From positions 3,758,738 to 3,822,737 of the forward strand of contig OZ316896.1 of assembly GCA_973895155.1 (NCBI GenBank): a stretch of 64,000 bases of DNA. Reading direction: 5' to 3'. The stretch comes from Marsupella aquatica (taxonomy: Eukaryota; Plantae; Marchantiophyta). The notes under the pieces are model-generated. The model worked only from the letters and a program-made list of their open reading frames with translations. It was not told where the DNA came from and did no database searches. Shown here in pieces: positions 1 to 12,964 of the stretch; within the stretch, counting starts at the first letter, position 1; every line of letters begins with the position of its first letter. A program made the position numbers and the translations under genes.

Positions 1-1959
1 CACGCCTCGGAAGCTATCCTCTTGACCTCCTCCTGAATTATTGTCAGTTGAGCCATCTTTGGAGTGAGGTGCAGTGTAAAGCTTAAGATTATCAGCATCC
101 TCACTGTAGGACAGCACCTTGCCCTGACCCATATTGAACTCGGAGGACTTCCCATTTTTCCTGCGGGAGGTTTTCACTGGACTTATCCTGCCACTACGAT
201 CCGAATCTCCATCCCCATTTCCCAAATACTCGCTTCGTCCCCCTCGTTGGAAGTATGCTGCCTCCTCTTCAATTTCATGTAAGCGCTCTCCTTTAACGTG
301 TGCACCCAATTTCCAGCCGTGCATTTTGTCCCCACTTCCACCATATCCAGGCTGCTGTGGGGAAGGGCCTGAGCTGTGCAGCTGATACGGAGAGGTATGG
401 GGATTGCACTTGTCTGGTAATCCTGGGGTTGCTGCTGCCCCTCCATCCCTATCCTGCAAACTACCCAATTCTTTCAAAGCTTCGCCAAATTGCTCCTGGA
501 GTCTGAAGGTGGTCCATGCTGCTTCGTCTCTTCTCACTGACTCTGCTCCGTCTTCCACCTCCGCGTCTCTTAACCTCCCCCCTCCACCTCCCCTCTCTGC
601 TGTGTATGTATCTTGCGAATCAAGGGGCCCCAAGCCGGATTCTGGCGATTGTTCTTTTCTGTCTCTCTTCTCTGCTTTTGAAGCATGATGAGATGGATAC
701 CGCCCGGGGGATGTTCTGCGAGGACAAGAACCTCCCTTTGACATGGTTTTGGTATTTACGTTCCTGGTTTCGTCGTCGTCCTCCCTTCTGGGACTGGACA
801 TTTGAAGTGGATCAGGGCACATTAGTCTGTCTTCACTGGACAGGGTGTTTGAGAATTCCGGCTCGTCATCTGAGCCTATTTGATGATCTCCAGGGCTTGA
901 ACAGTTGTCATATCTCGTTGGGAGATGAATCGTTGCTTTGGAAGACGTTTTTCCAGCTCCAATTGAGGAAACCAGTCCCAGAGCTTTCAGTCGTGGCATT
1001 TCTCTGTGCGATTTTGCTCGGAATGGCGAGCTTTCCCTAGACAGAGACGCTACTTTCATTGCTGCCAATTTTTCCCTCTCCTTCGCTCGGCGAGGGCTCT
1101 CACCGCCCAAGCATTCGGAGACATTCCTCAGACGTTGGAGAATGGGAGTAGATTTGCTCCGAGGATGAGGTGATGGTTTGCTTGCAAAAGCGTAAGTGTC
1201 CTGCATTTTGGAATTGGTTACGTTGTTCTCCTGCCCTGCTGTCTTGGGGGGCGAGGAGGACTCAGCACGCTGATGTCGTTGATGATGTTGCAGTCTTCTT
1301 ATTTTGTTCTGTGAATTGGCTAAGGATGCACGAAAATCTGCTGCAATCCTCGGAGAACTTCGTCTTGGGGACCCGTTTCTTTGCTTTTTGAGTGGAGTAC
1401 TGTCCGCAGACCTAGTTCTGGCGCGTGGATTGTTCTCTATCCTTGTCGGAGTGGTGCTCCCTCCACTGTTCCTCTGCTGCTGAACTCTAGGAGGTGCACT
1501 CTCTCCAATTTTCTGTGATCTCAACGAGCTACTCTCTCGGTGCTTGAGTCCTTGTCCTTGCTGAAGTTTACCAGGAGGGGTTTGAGTACCCGTCCTCTTG
1601 TTCGGAAAGGGATTATTGCTGTCACCTGTCGTGTTGCTGTTATGGTTATTCAATCCTTTTCCATTAGTAATTCCGGGGGGTTGGCGATTGATGGTGATTT
1701 TGCTTTCCTCGATCTCGGTTATGCGCTTCTTGGCATTATGTAGATGCAAGTGGAGCTCTAGAATGGTTTTCTCTTCCTTTCTCTCGGGGTAGAGAGGGTG
1801 ACCAGGGATGGTGGACAACACGAGAGTTTCGAAAGCCCTCAAGTGCTGCAGTTCATCAGCAAGTAGGTGGGACTTCTTAGACAATGCCGCTTTTTTCAAG
1901 CATAGACGGGCATTCCGGCAGTAGAAGTTTATGGGTAGAATTGCCCCATCCATGCTCAT
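1..1959 (-). CDS. Partial CDS (runs off the left edge): N-terminal USP8-dimerisation/AMSH-type MIT domain followed by about 560 aa of low-complexity S/R/P/G-rich sequence
   Basis: I read the minus frame codon by codon: ATG at 1959-1957, an upstream in-frame stop at 1963-1965, and no stop down to base 1 (653 codons). The ORF track omits it, presumably because it has no stop in the window. The N-terminus MSMDGAILPINFYCRNARLCLKKAALSKKSHLLADELQHLRAFETLVLSTIPGHPLY fits the AMSH N-terminal pattern IPxxxYxRxAxxxLxxA...LxxxxxLvxxTIPxHxxY. Confidence 0.75.
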   Translation of the reverse strand, partial: MSMDGAILPINFYCRNARLCLKKAALSKKSHLLADELQHLRAFETLVLSTIPGHPLYPERKEEKTILELHLHLHNAKKRITEIEESKITINRQPPGITNGKGLNNHNSNTTGDSNNPFPNKRTGTQTPPGKLQQGQGLKHRESSSLRSQKIGESAPPRVQQQRNSGGSTTPTRIENNPRARTRSADSTPLKKQRNGSPRRSSPRIAADFRASLANSQNKIRRLQHHQRHQRAESSSPPKTAGQENNVTNSKMQDTYAFASKPSPHPRSKSTPILQRLRNVSECLGGESPRRAKEREKLAAMKVASLSRESSPFRAKSHREMPRLKALGLVSSIGAGKTSSKATIHLPTRYDNCSSPGDHQIGSDDEPEFSNTLSSEDRLMCPDPLQMSSPRREDDDETRNVNTKTMSKGGSCPRRTSPGRYPSHHASKAEKRDRKEQSPESGLGPLDSQDTYTAERGGGGGRLRDAEVEDGAESVRRDEAAWTTFRLQEQFGEALKELGSLQDRDGGAAATPGLPDKCNPHTSPYQLHSSGPSPQQPGYGGSGDKMHGWKLGAHVKGERLHEIEEEAAYFQRGGRSEYLGNGDGDSDRSGRISPVKTSRRKNGKSSEFNMGQGKVLSYSEDADNLKLYTAPHSKDGSTDNNSGGGQEDSFRGV

Positions 1960-3083
1960 GCTTCACCTTTTTACCCTTCTTCATGTACGGAGGCTGCTGC
2001 TGCTTGTGCTTTCAATCCTCTAGTGAATACGTCTCCTCGAGTTCTCCTGGTGCAAGCAAAAGGCAGTTGACATTCAACGCGAATGCTTATGAGATGGGTC
2101 CGGACGAACCGAGGGATGGGCGTAGCAAAGCAGTGCTGCAACAAACCTGGAGGCATTCCAGTCCCACTAGATATTGCGCTAGTGCTGGAAGAGCAAAACA
2201 GGAGAGTTTTGTGGTTGCACATTGCATCACACTTAGAAACAACCAGTGGCCAGGTGTTTTGGTCATTCACATGCTTTCCAAACCCGTGCAGATTTATAAT
2301 AAGAGAGCAGAGCAGCACTCCTTCCCACTGTCATTTCAATGCCCTTCAAGCCACCAAAAACATTCTTTCAATCCCACACCTACCATACAACTGCACTGGA
2401 AGAACTTAAAGGGAAATGAAGACTACGGAGAGCCCCTTTTATTCCCTTCTCGACATCAGAGAACAAAGAGTCGAAGACATATCAGAACACTAATACGAAC
2501 TGCATAAAACTGTGAATGCACTGCGTGAAACGTCTGAACTCAATTGCAAAACAGCCATCTCAATCCACTGAATACACAACTTCTGCGGAATTCGAAAGTG
2601 GTTCGAAAAGCACAAGATAGGTTGGAAAATCGCGAAATGTACCTCTCTACTGTCCTCCAATTCGGCACTTCATCGGGAAGTACAGGAACCTCGTAATCAA
2701 TTGATCCACGAACTTCTCCATCCCGCAATCTCTCTCAAGCCGTGTCGGAAAAACAATCATCCACTTCCACTTTCACTTCCACTCCGACTCCGACTCCCAC
2801 AGCAGAGCAAGCCGGCGACAGTTCGGGTTCGTTGGAAAGCGACGAAAAGCCGGAGGCAGGAGTGCGTCAATCCTCGTCGGCGGAGGTGGACGTGGAGGAG
2901 GAAAGGGCGGAGGAGCGAGAGGAGGAATGGCCCCGCCGCATATCCAACAACAGCAACAGACTACGGAACTCAGTGAGAGGGGGACTTCCTCGTCGACGCA
3001 TTGCCTCCGCCCCCCAAAGACTTCGTAACCGTTGTCCGTCTGAAGGTAGTTACCCTCTTAATTTGTCTTACGCACACAGCCTT

Positions 3084-3355
3084 TCCGCGCGATTCACTAA
3101 TCAAATCAGCCCAATTACCGAGACGCTGCTAATCGCAAATACTTTTGTGATTTTTCTCTGTGTATTTTCCGTGCGATTCACTAATCAATCAGCCCAATTA
3201 GCGAGACGCTGCTAATCGCAAATATACGTTTGTGATTTTTCTCTTTGTATTTTCCGTGCAAATTCACTAATCAAATCATCCCAATTAGCGTCCAATGAGC
3301 AAGACGCTGTTAATTGCAAATACTTTTGTGATTTTTTTCTTTGTATTTTGAGTGC
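3084..3355. repeat. Tandem repeat, about 84-bp unit, 3 diverged copies
   Basis: The unit ttccgYgcRattcactaatcaaatcagcccaattascgagacgctgctaatcgcaaatacttttgtgattttt...tgtattt occurs three times. Confidence 0.85.
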
Positions 3356-5529
3356 ATATATTTTACATGTGGTCTCCCTTCTTCTGAGGAGTGGATTATG
3401 CAAGAAATGTAAAACCCAAATATAATTTTACCATATGAAACAAAATAATAAATTGTTTCACCACAGTTTTAACTTTGTTCATGTTTTTTGGCCAATTGTA
3501 TAGGAACCACTTGTTGCATGGCCTTTTAACATCTCTCTTCTATTTTAGAGATAGTGCTCCCATGGATCACATGTTGGTAGTCCATGTGAATCTGGGGCCC
3601 ATAACTTGATGATCATGAGTCTTAAAATAGTTTTTAGTTTTGCACTTGCAAGGCAACAAGAAAAGGAGGAGACACAAAAATTCACAAGCCCTAATATCTC
3701 GTATTAGCTCAATGGAATAAGTTCACCCCTCAGTTCACCCCTCAGTTCACAATGAAAAACTCTAGTGAACCAAAATGGCCAAGAATTCACTGTCACTTTG
3801 ATGGAAGTGTAGCTCACATACTACTCTCCCACTTTCTTGAAACCAAAACCATTTGAGTTTATGAATATCAAGTTATTATAATTATCTCAAATTTTGGGAA
3901 ATGTGGTCCACGGGTTTTCAAATTCCTGCTAATCCTAATGCCCTTTGCGGTTTTTGCTTGGAATATATTTTCTTTGATATGAAGCAGTGACAACCCCATG
4001 AGAAGGGGAAAACAAGCAGCCCAAAAAAGGACACAGCCCATTGCTGGGGCCAGAACCACAACAGAAAACCTGAACAAAAAAGCCATGACTGAGGCGCCTT
4101 TCTGGGAGAACCACCCTCCGCCAAAGGCCCTCAGTGGCTTTTCTCTTCTTGATTTTCCTCTTTGCAACTATTTAAAGGGCATTCTTGGAGAAGAATGCAC
4201 ACTCCAGATTTGGGTTGGCTCAATATTGAGCTTCTCCTCTACTTGATCTCAAAATAGTTAAAATATTAAAACCTCTTAGGCCTTTAAGTGTATGAAGGTT
4301 CTATCACCAGGAGCATTATCAGCAATAACAGCCCCTCAAACTTGAGCTGAAGCTCTCATTTTGGGGGGCAACTGAAGATATAATTATGGCAAACTGGACT
4401 AGTTTATTCATGGGCAATACTAGCACCTCAAAACTGGAGCTAAAGCCCTCATTTAACACTTAAAGCCAAGACCCTCAAGTAGCATAGAGCATACCAGAGA
4501 GGCTTCTCAATCCATAGGGAGGGGAAGGTAAGGCGATCAAGAATACACTACTTCAAAATCATGGTGACATGAAAGATTGCCCCCTCATGACTTGAGTATT
4601 CCAAAAAGTAAACATGTGTTGCAAAACATCAGTTTTCTTGCTTTCAAGCTTCTAGTTCAGGCTGCCTGGCTTGCGTTTGGCTCTACCGCACCTGAGCAGG
4701 TTCAAGTGATTTGTCTGCCATGTTGGACCTCACATGAAGCGGGATTGGAGTTATTGCCTAATGCAAGTAAATGGGAATTTTGTTAGCAAGGAGAGTGGTG
4801 TTAGCGAGACACTATACATTAGTACTTTCAATTGCTTTTTGCTTTTTGCTCAGAAGAGTCTCAAAAATCCTGAATTTTCTTCCTCTATTGGGGACCTGAT
4901 CCTGTTCTCCCTTGGATTCTATACTCATGCATCGGCGGCACCTTCAATTTGGATGGATCTGTTAATATTAAAATCCCGAGGTTTCTGGTCAATATCATCT
5001 AGCTTGCCTAAAGCTCTCTCTACCCATGGGTGCCGACCAGATTTCAGCGATGTCAAGGACTTGTGCCATCGAGCGGGACAGGATCATGCTGTCCATGGGT
5101 TGCCGGTAAGACGAAGCTCATGAGAAGAAATCGTGAACAAGTCGACAACTGTTGGTGAGCAGTCACATTTGTGTAAGTCGATTCGGCTGTGAATTCAATT
5201 CAATTCGCACTCATAGTAGAGTCAAATCTGATACAAAAGTTTGTAATCTTACTCCATGTTTTAAGTACAATCCGTGTAGCGATTGTCTAAACATTCCATT
5301 CGCGGTAAGACTAAAGTTAAATCTCATCGACAACTCCCTAATTGGACGTATGGCATCATCAAGTCCGTGTCATCCTGTCAACTGGGAATTGATCGAGTTC
5401 CAGTCGCATCAGACCTGATAGGGAATCCTCGTCACTGCAATTCTGCAATGGTGATGAATTATTGTCAAAACCCATTCGCCGAGCACCGACCACCTAACAA
5501 AGCATTCGATTCGATGACACACTCTGCTC

Positions 5530-6520
5530 TCATGCCAAACCAACCATCTTTAGTGAGTCAGCCCACAATCGATCCTCCTTCTCTTCGTCGTAAGCATGGT
5601 TTGCATATCCAGGATCGATATCCTTATGACCCTCCTTCACCGGAATGCTAACCTGCACATCCTCCAAATACTTGCCGCCCTTCCCCTCCCACTCCTTCCC
5701 CACAGCCGCCCAAACAGTCGTCGCAGCCCCCTGTTCCGTGCTCTTTATAACAGCATCGATCCCGGGCGAAGTCTTCCACCCTTCCAGCACCTCCTCTGAT
5801 AAATGTCTGCTGAGCGATGTCCAGATACCCCCCGGGTTCAGGCTCGTCGCGTGGAGGCCCTGCAACCCGAAATGCCGATCAATGTAATTGGCCATATAGA
5901 TGTTTGCCGTCTTGCTTTGCCCGTATGCGAGATAGGGACTGTAGTCTCCTGTTTTGAAATTGTAGTCGTTGAAGCGGACGACGCCAAAGCGGTGGCCGGA
6001 TGATGCAACAACGACGACACGCGAGTTGAACCCCGGCGTGGAAGAGGCGAGCAGGCTGGGTTTGAGGAGGTTGAACAGCAGGAAGTGGCCGAGATGATTG
6101 GTGCCGAATTGAGTTTCGAATCCATCCACAGTCGTGGTGCCGGGGGCGGGTATGGCCATCACGCCTGCGTTGCAGATGAGGACGTTGATCGGTTCTTTGG
6201 CGGATTTGGATAGGAACTCTGCTGCTGCCGCTCGAACACTCTCCAGGGAGGAGAGGTCCATGAACAGCAGCTCGACGCGGCCCGGCTCGAGCCGTCTTAC
6301 CCTTCTCAATGTCTCGTACCCCGCAGTACACCGTTGCTCCTGTGGCGGCGATGGCACGGGCAGTCTCCACGCCAATTCCTGAGGAGCAGCCGGTTATTAG
6401 AAAGGTTTTGTTCTTCAATTTGCCTTCCAGTCCTTCGTCCTGAACGATTTGCAGAGCTGTAGGTCGGGCGTCGCCTGGTCCCTGAGGGTTCTCATGGACT
6501 GCTGCGTATTTGGATGCCAT
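5530..6520 (-). pseudogene. Short-chain dehydrogenase/reductase (retinol-dehydrogenase/WWOX-like, fungal type), intronless, single frameshift near 6290
   Basis: ORF 5879..6520 gives the N-terminus (GPGDARPTALQIV...LITGCSSGIG, TGxxxGIG motif). ORF 5530..6375 gives the rest (DLSSLESV, CNAGVMA, DGFETQFGTNHLGHF, YGQSK catalytic YxxxK). The frames switch at minus-strand aagacgG|CTCGAGccg, where a few residues are missing between KGKTA and LEPGRV. Confidence 0.85.
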
Positions 6521-9500
6521 GGTCGGAGGACGAACCAGAACCGCAGCTGGATTGGACGAAGTTTATGGTATGCCTGCTCTGTGGTAAGCACTGTCATGCA
6601 ATTCTGCATGTGGACTTGGGGAGTTTGGAGAAAGATGCATCGAACACTTATACTCTCTCGATCTGCCCCCTTTTTCTTAGAGGTTGGTACTGAGGAAGGT
6701 CCTCGGACGAGCCATGCCGCCTCGATCTAATTATGCTTTGTTGCAGATCAAACCGTCCTCGAGCCGGCCGATCATTTGTTCATACCAAAGGAACTGACGA
6801 TAAACTAAGCTCTAAAATTTATCATTCGAGATTTGCACCATGATGTGTGCTGGTGCCCATCATCGTCTGATTGTCGGGGCGGGCGAAAAAAACATAATCA
6901 TGTTCCTTCTACAACCCTGTCTTCCGTAGAACTCCGCTGTGGTTTTTTGGTTTCGGTCGACGAAGGAGTATTTTCACACAGAACTTCCACAATCTTAGTT
7001 CGGTCAAAGAATTGCGTTGCACAGCAACATCGTGAAATACTGAAATGTCGAGAAAGCTCCGGAATACTCTCTACTGATTTGCACGCAGGGACAGAATCAA
7101 TGGCGGGTCACGTGAGCTGAGCAACTCGGGTGACGAGATGTAAGTACGTCTGCAGTGGTCCATCCAGCACAGCTGACACCAGAATTGCAGAAGTCAAGCA
7201 AGACCGAAGACAGACATTATTTATAATAGTGCCCATCTCGAATCCTGTCTCATGTGGGTTGGAGCCGCCGAGTCGTCACCCTTGTCCATCATTCTGGTGA
7301 TGGTGGCTGGACGAGTCTTCCCCCTGACCCCTTGCAGCATGGCTCGTTAGTTTGGAGGAGTCCATTCAAGCTGTTTGCTTCTTATGAATCTGAGCCGATC
7401 TGAGCCCAATAGGGGGTGTCAAAGTTCTGGTGCGGGCTGTATTTTTTTTGTACATATCACCCTTAAAGGGTATATATTTTGGTAGCCCATAATGATTGAT
7501 TTTATCCTGATTGTAAGAGTATTTTTTTGTCCTGCTCAATTACAACTGTGCTTTGACATGCCCTAATCTCCTCCCCCTCCCGGCATGAGGGAGCACGAGG
7601 GTGTGGGTGTGGGACAGGCCTGCAGAATGGATTTCTGGCAAATCCAACTGTCACAGAAAAACGATCCCATAGAAGGAATGGCCCTGCCCTGTTTGCTTTT
7701 TGTGTGTAGATTGATAATGTATCGTTAGAGTTTTCAGTAACATGGTCAATCCTGAGTGAATCAACCACTAATTTCATTTGAATTGCGGGTGAGGTGATGT
7801 TTTAACTCAGCTTCAATGAGTCACTTCTGTCTCTTGCTGTCTGGACTTCTTGGATGACAAAATGTACTCAATGAATTGTCCCTTTGGTCAACAGGACCGT
7901 CGACATCTACCATTAAACTAAACCGCAGAGCTTGCTTACTGCTCTGTTCTGGCATTAGCGGTGCTTGCAGTATGTCCGTATTTCGCAGATTGCACTCCAT
8001 AGACTCCACAACTAATGCACTTCGTTTCTGTCTATCCTCCAGCTGAAAACAAGCCTTGAAGGTGAAACCCTTCCATTGTCGCAAGCGAAGCAGAAAATGC
8101 GCATCTCCTGCTTGTAACAAGATCAAGCCACCCAGAATCGTCCAAAGTTCTCCATGGTAGATTTGACAACGTATCAAGCAGTGTCCAAGACTTGCCTTTA
8201 CTGTAAATTTCATAGCAGCCGTCTTGACAATTAGATTCTCATCGAATTGCTGCAGACTGTATTGTCTTTTTTCCTTCGTTCATGCCAATACCTGGCGCAA
8301 TCTTATGTTAAGTTTTCAGCGATTCGTGATGGTCCCGTAGTCCGATTCGAGGCTCGTCGGGAGCAGACCGAGGACAAGTATTAGAGCATTGACTAACAAG
8401 GCTATTGTCTTTTACCAATCGTCGTCTCTATATCGACACGCAAAGTGGACAGTCTAGCATCATGACGCTGCAACAGAGACTCAGCTCCCAGTTACAGTTT
8501 CGAGCTTGAGGACAGCTGGGAGCAAATTTCTTCTTTGCTTTGTAAAGGTGAGATCAAACTCCCATATTTGTCTCTCATGCGGTAACTACAGTAGCTGGGA
8601 CCTCCCCAGCCCTTATGGCAATCAAGAAATCGAAATCGACACAAAGTCTCGGACCTACTGTATCGTATGGAGTTTTTTGGATAAGAATGGACCCGTGTTC
8701 TGAGAATCCCTTGCTTCTCGCAATCTGATGGTTGTTCATCCGTACTTGGACAGCAAATTTTCCTGTGAACCAATTGCAGTCCTTTTCGCTAATTGACTTC
8801 TTTGACCAGACATGAAACAACTCTCCAAGAGTCTACGTCCCCGACTTTTAAGTTCTCCTGGGGATGACCAAGACAACCAGATCGAAGCTTGAGCTATTTT
8901 CAAAAGCCATGGGTTCCCTGCATAAAATGGTTCACCTATGACTGCTGCTATATAAATGAGCTCTCCATTCTACCTCGCAACCTCAAAGTCTCTTTCAGCT
9001 TACCCAAAAACTCACTTTGAGAGGGAGATCTAGTTGTCGAGCAAAGGGCTTTCTTTGTTACCATGGAGGGGACTATTGATCTTAGTCAAGGAAATCTATC
9101 AAGTTCCGCTCACAGCCAGGACAGGTTCTGAGTGGCGTTTCCTATGCTTGTTTCTTTTCTTCATCCTGTTGGAATTTCTGTCAATCAACCACGCTCCCTC
9201 GTGGACTGCGCTCACATCTGCTCCCTCCCTGTTCCTGTAAACTATTGAAGTGACAGTGTCTCTGTACGTAATTCCGTTGGAGCAAAATACTCAGGTGTTA
9301 GATCCGGAAGGTCACACAGGAAGGGAGACAATCATCACGTGTAATCTTCATTTCCACCTTGTGAATCGGGCTTGTCTCGGTTCAAAGTTATTAATTGATG
9401 TGCTAAAAATAACTGCATCCACCCCGAAAATTGAACATCAAGCATCACTCGTGACCGACAGAGAACTATTAGTCTTGCCAAACGCTCATCCTCTTTACTG

Positions 9501-10118
9501 TAAGCACATCTCACTCCTTTCTGCTTACTCCTTGTTTTGTAACACAACCGTTCATAAACTTGGGGTCCTTGTAACAAAATAGAATCAGAAACACAGCAAA
9601 GATTCAACCACGTTATTCGAAACATAAAAGCTTGGGGAATATTGCCTAGAATCTGATATGGACCCCTGTATCACATTGCACAAGATACGCTTTAAGCGGA
9701 AAACAGGGCGATATGCTAAAGATGAGGGAGAGGCACTTCAAAAAGATAGAATTACAGAGGTCGTATGAGCTTCGTATCTCAACAAACAGTTCCATTGATG
9801 TCTGGCCCATCGAAACGAGCGGCAACATATCAATGGAATATGTCAAAGGGTTTATATCTGATGTACAAATTGGCAACTACAGTAATAGTCGGGAATATAT
9901 CAAGCGTACGAACTATGTAAAGGCAATGAGCTATATGCCCATACGAACAATTGGGAATATCATGCCATGCTCAAGACCTGCAACTGTGGAAAGGCATTCT
10001 GTGTTGTGCTTCTTGACTAGAAAGTCACTCGGACTGCATCTTCGGGCCCAGGAACAGGGAGTCACGTATTGCCAGATGCACATGTGGTGCATCACATCCT
10101 GTATCCCGTTCACCCAGA

Positions 10119-11988
10119 TCAAAAATAAAGATGGAATTGATTCTCCAACTGACGCTTCAAGTTGCTGTAAAGGGCAAAGAGCGAATACTGTTGCAGCTTC
10201 TCGAGCTCATACCAAGTGTTCAGCGAATCTTGATACTTGTCAGTGCCTGAAAAAGTTAACTGGATAGTTAAGCTGCAATCTACTCTAGTCTTGAAGTCTC
10301 CTGTGTTGCAAAGAGAGGCCTTCACTGCACACTGTTCACCATTCAAACAAACGAAGGTCGTACTCTTGCCCTGACACGATGCACACTTATCATTCTTCCA
10401 TAAGATATTCATCAGCCTTCCCTTGTCGAAATTCATTACCTGCATTCAGGAGAAAAAGTCATAAATGTAATGGCATGGGTCACCTTCTTGGGCTGCCAAA
10501 AACGATCACGTCGGAAAACCACATTGCCAAGATCCCATCGTCACTACGAACATCAAACAAGGTTTGTATGGATGAATAAAATGTAAGAACCCAGAAAGTA
10601 TAAGCCCAAACTGCTCTCGAGACTAGGAGACATTGGCTAAGATAAGTCCACCGGGACAATGTAAGATTCAAATTCTACTAATCGTATAAATGTGCAAGAG
10701 AAGCATACCATTGACAGACTGGTGACATGGTAAGACGCATTGGCGAGAAATACTGGCTTAGAGAGAGCAGCATATTGCCTGCCAGCATAAACGACTCCAA
10801 ATCCACCATAGTTCTCCTGTATAGCACCGAGGCACACACCGTCCGTGTGGGACGTATAAGCAAGAAGTTCGAGTGGTTGCCATTCAAGATATTCCGTTGC
10901 TTTCTTCTATAGTATATAGAGGGCAGTCATGTAAACATCTTCAATAGAGATACGAGTGAGACGACGAGACGGGCTTTCGCCAGACAAAAGCTCCACTAGT
11001 CTACTTGTTAATTGCCCTCGAGTATCCGCGGCGCAATGGCAGAAGGTACAGCTGAAGAGATTGAGAATACTGAGCATGCGTAGAGTACTTTGAACTCTCC
11101 AATACTAAATTCATTATCTCAACGTAGGAATCCTGTTGATAGGTACCCCAGTGAACACCCGGAGTTAGACCCTTCATAAATCTATAACTAATTAGGAAAC
11201 AACGGTGCTCAACGCGATCCAGAACAGGAAACGACAAGATGGGTATTCACCATTGAGGCAAGATAGTATTGAATACTGCTTGTCTCTAGAGTCGATGAAT
11301 TAATCTCCGCGTACCTTGGTTGTACTACTACACCTTTGCTTCTGCAAATGGAATGATGGTCTCTCTGTGGACCTTCCCTATGTGAGCTCATTTCTACTGA
11401 ATTTCAAATTTTCGTTGATTCCGGGGCTCATTCATAAGTCGTGTAGCTAGTGAACGATTCCTTCATTGTCCGGTGAGCGGACTGATCACGCAAATAGCGA
11501 TAGTAAAATATAAAGAGAGTAGCCACGAAGTACAGCCAGAACCAATTCTGAAGTAGTTCTTCATCCGAAATACTGCACGAGGATACTTAGAGCTAATGGC
11601 GGCCATCCCTAGAGCTCTATACGGAGTTTAGAAAAAAATTCGAAGAGCGACAAGAAAGCAGAGGGGAATGAGCAATCACCGGGTTGAAAGCCGTAATGTT
11701 GATCACGAGGAGACTGATCTCGTCGACTTTAGGGCGGAAAACGGCCAATTGACCACCTTGCAGGCCGGTGAGCAGCTTATCGCAGGGGGAGAGCTGGACG
11801 TTTTTGTTGTAGAAGGATGCGTTCGCCGAAAAAGCCATCCCGAAAGTGAATCCATCATCTCGTTGCACCGTCGTGTCTAAACACGGTCTATAGATTTTAT
11901 TGTTGTCACCAGCCACTCCAAGCACTCTGAACGCAACAGCGATAACGAAGAGGCCCCAAACACTCGAGCTAGCCTGGCACCGGGCCAT
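10119..11988 (-). CDS. Conserved plant secreted protein, Expp1-like; exons 11988-11680, 10816-10709, 10439-10119
   Basis: Signal peptide, then DNNKIYRPCLDTTVQRDDGFTFGMAFS...QLSPCD...LAVFRPKVDEISLL; exon 2 ENYGGFGVVYAGRQYAA; exon 3 ...VDCSLTIQLTFSGTDK...LNTWYE...QYSLFALYSNL. Both introns are GT-AG and phase 0. Confidence 0.9.
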
Positions 11989-12964
11989 TTTCCCGTTCGC
12001 TCGCTCCCTTCTCATGATTTGACTCAGGCACTAACAAAACTCCTTTCTGATAAACACACCACGCTACCGTCCGCAATGGTTCCTGAGCTCGGATTCAACT
12101 TGACCGCAGAGTTGCGAAACCAATCACATGCACTCTGTGAGTGTGCTTCCTCCTCTTGCTGCGATAGCGCCAATGCTAGTCCTATGCGGCCTTACTTCTC
12201 CCGATCCCGATCAAACCTGTAAAACTATCTCCGCAACTCTCTATACCTGACCGGAAACAATTGCGCATTACGTCGTCGATGCAACAAGTACTTACCTCCT
12301 CCTCCAGAGATAGGGCATTCCTTTCCTGCTACTCACTACCAACCTCAAAACACCGGACCATCGATCGAAATTCCTCAATCTCGTCCAGGAAGCTATTTCG
12401 AGCTCGTCCGCCTCCTAATCCGGCGTCAAGAACCGATCCTGTACCTCCGAAACAGAACCAATAATGCCTGCCCCACCCTTCCTCCTCTGATGTCCGGACA
12501 AGCGCGCGCCTAAGGAACCACCGCGGGCCAAACAAGGCAGACGCAAAGCTACGCCAGAGGCAGCAGTAGCATTTAGACACGAACGAAAAGCATCGTTCCC
12601 TCCTCGACCGTGGCAGGATGAGCGAAACACCAATGGCGGAAAGGAATGGGAAAAGCAAACTACAGTACAATAATGCAAGCAAAGCCAAGCATTATCCAAT
12701 CCAATGCAATGCAGTAATCTGATAATGGAGCAACGTAACTATGCCGCAGGAAGCGCTGGGGCGGGAGCAACGAGCATTCCTCCCTTCCTCGTCGAGCGAG
12801 GCGAAGCAAGACGAGAGACACACGAAAATGTAGGGGAGGAAACCCAATCCGGAAAAAGGGGGCAACGGCAATCGTTGAGCAAAGTACTGTTAAAGCTCAA
12901 TGATCTCGCGAAGAGAACGATTTTGAAATGCAGTCTACTGTACAGCAGTAGTATAGGAGCCCCT

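Noticed and set aside
64-1792. Multiple plus-strand ORFs at the left end
   Set aside because: They are antisense shadows of the long minus-strand exon.
2742-3215. 157-aa acidic, low-complexity ORF
   Set aside because: It has a GTG start and no recognisable domain, and it runs into a tandem repeat; not supportable as a gene.
6280-6300. An intron explaining the SDR frameshift (GTAAG...AG on the minus strand)
   Set aside because: It would be only about 15 nt long and would remove still more conserved residues; a deletion fits better.
7800-10100. Scattered ORFs of 90-184 aa and splice-like signals
   Set aside because: No family motifs, frequent stops and no consistent exon chain; possibly UTR, lncRNA or a decayed gene.
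12019-12700. ORFs upstream of the Expp1-like gene
   Set aside because: Composition fits a long 5' UTR or intron; no protein motif recognised.
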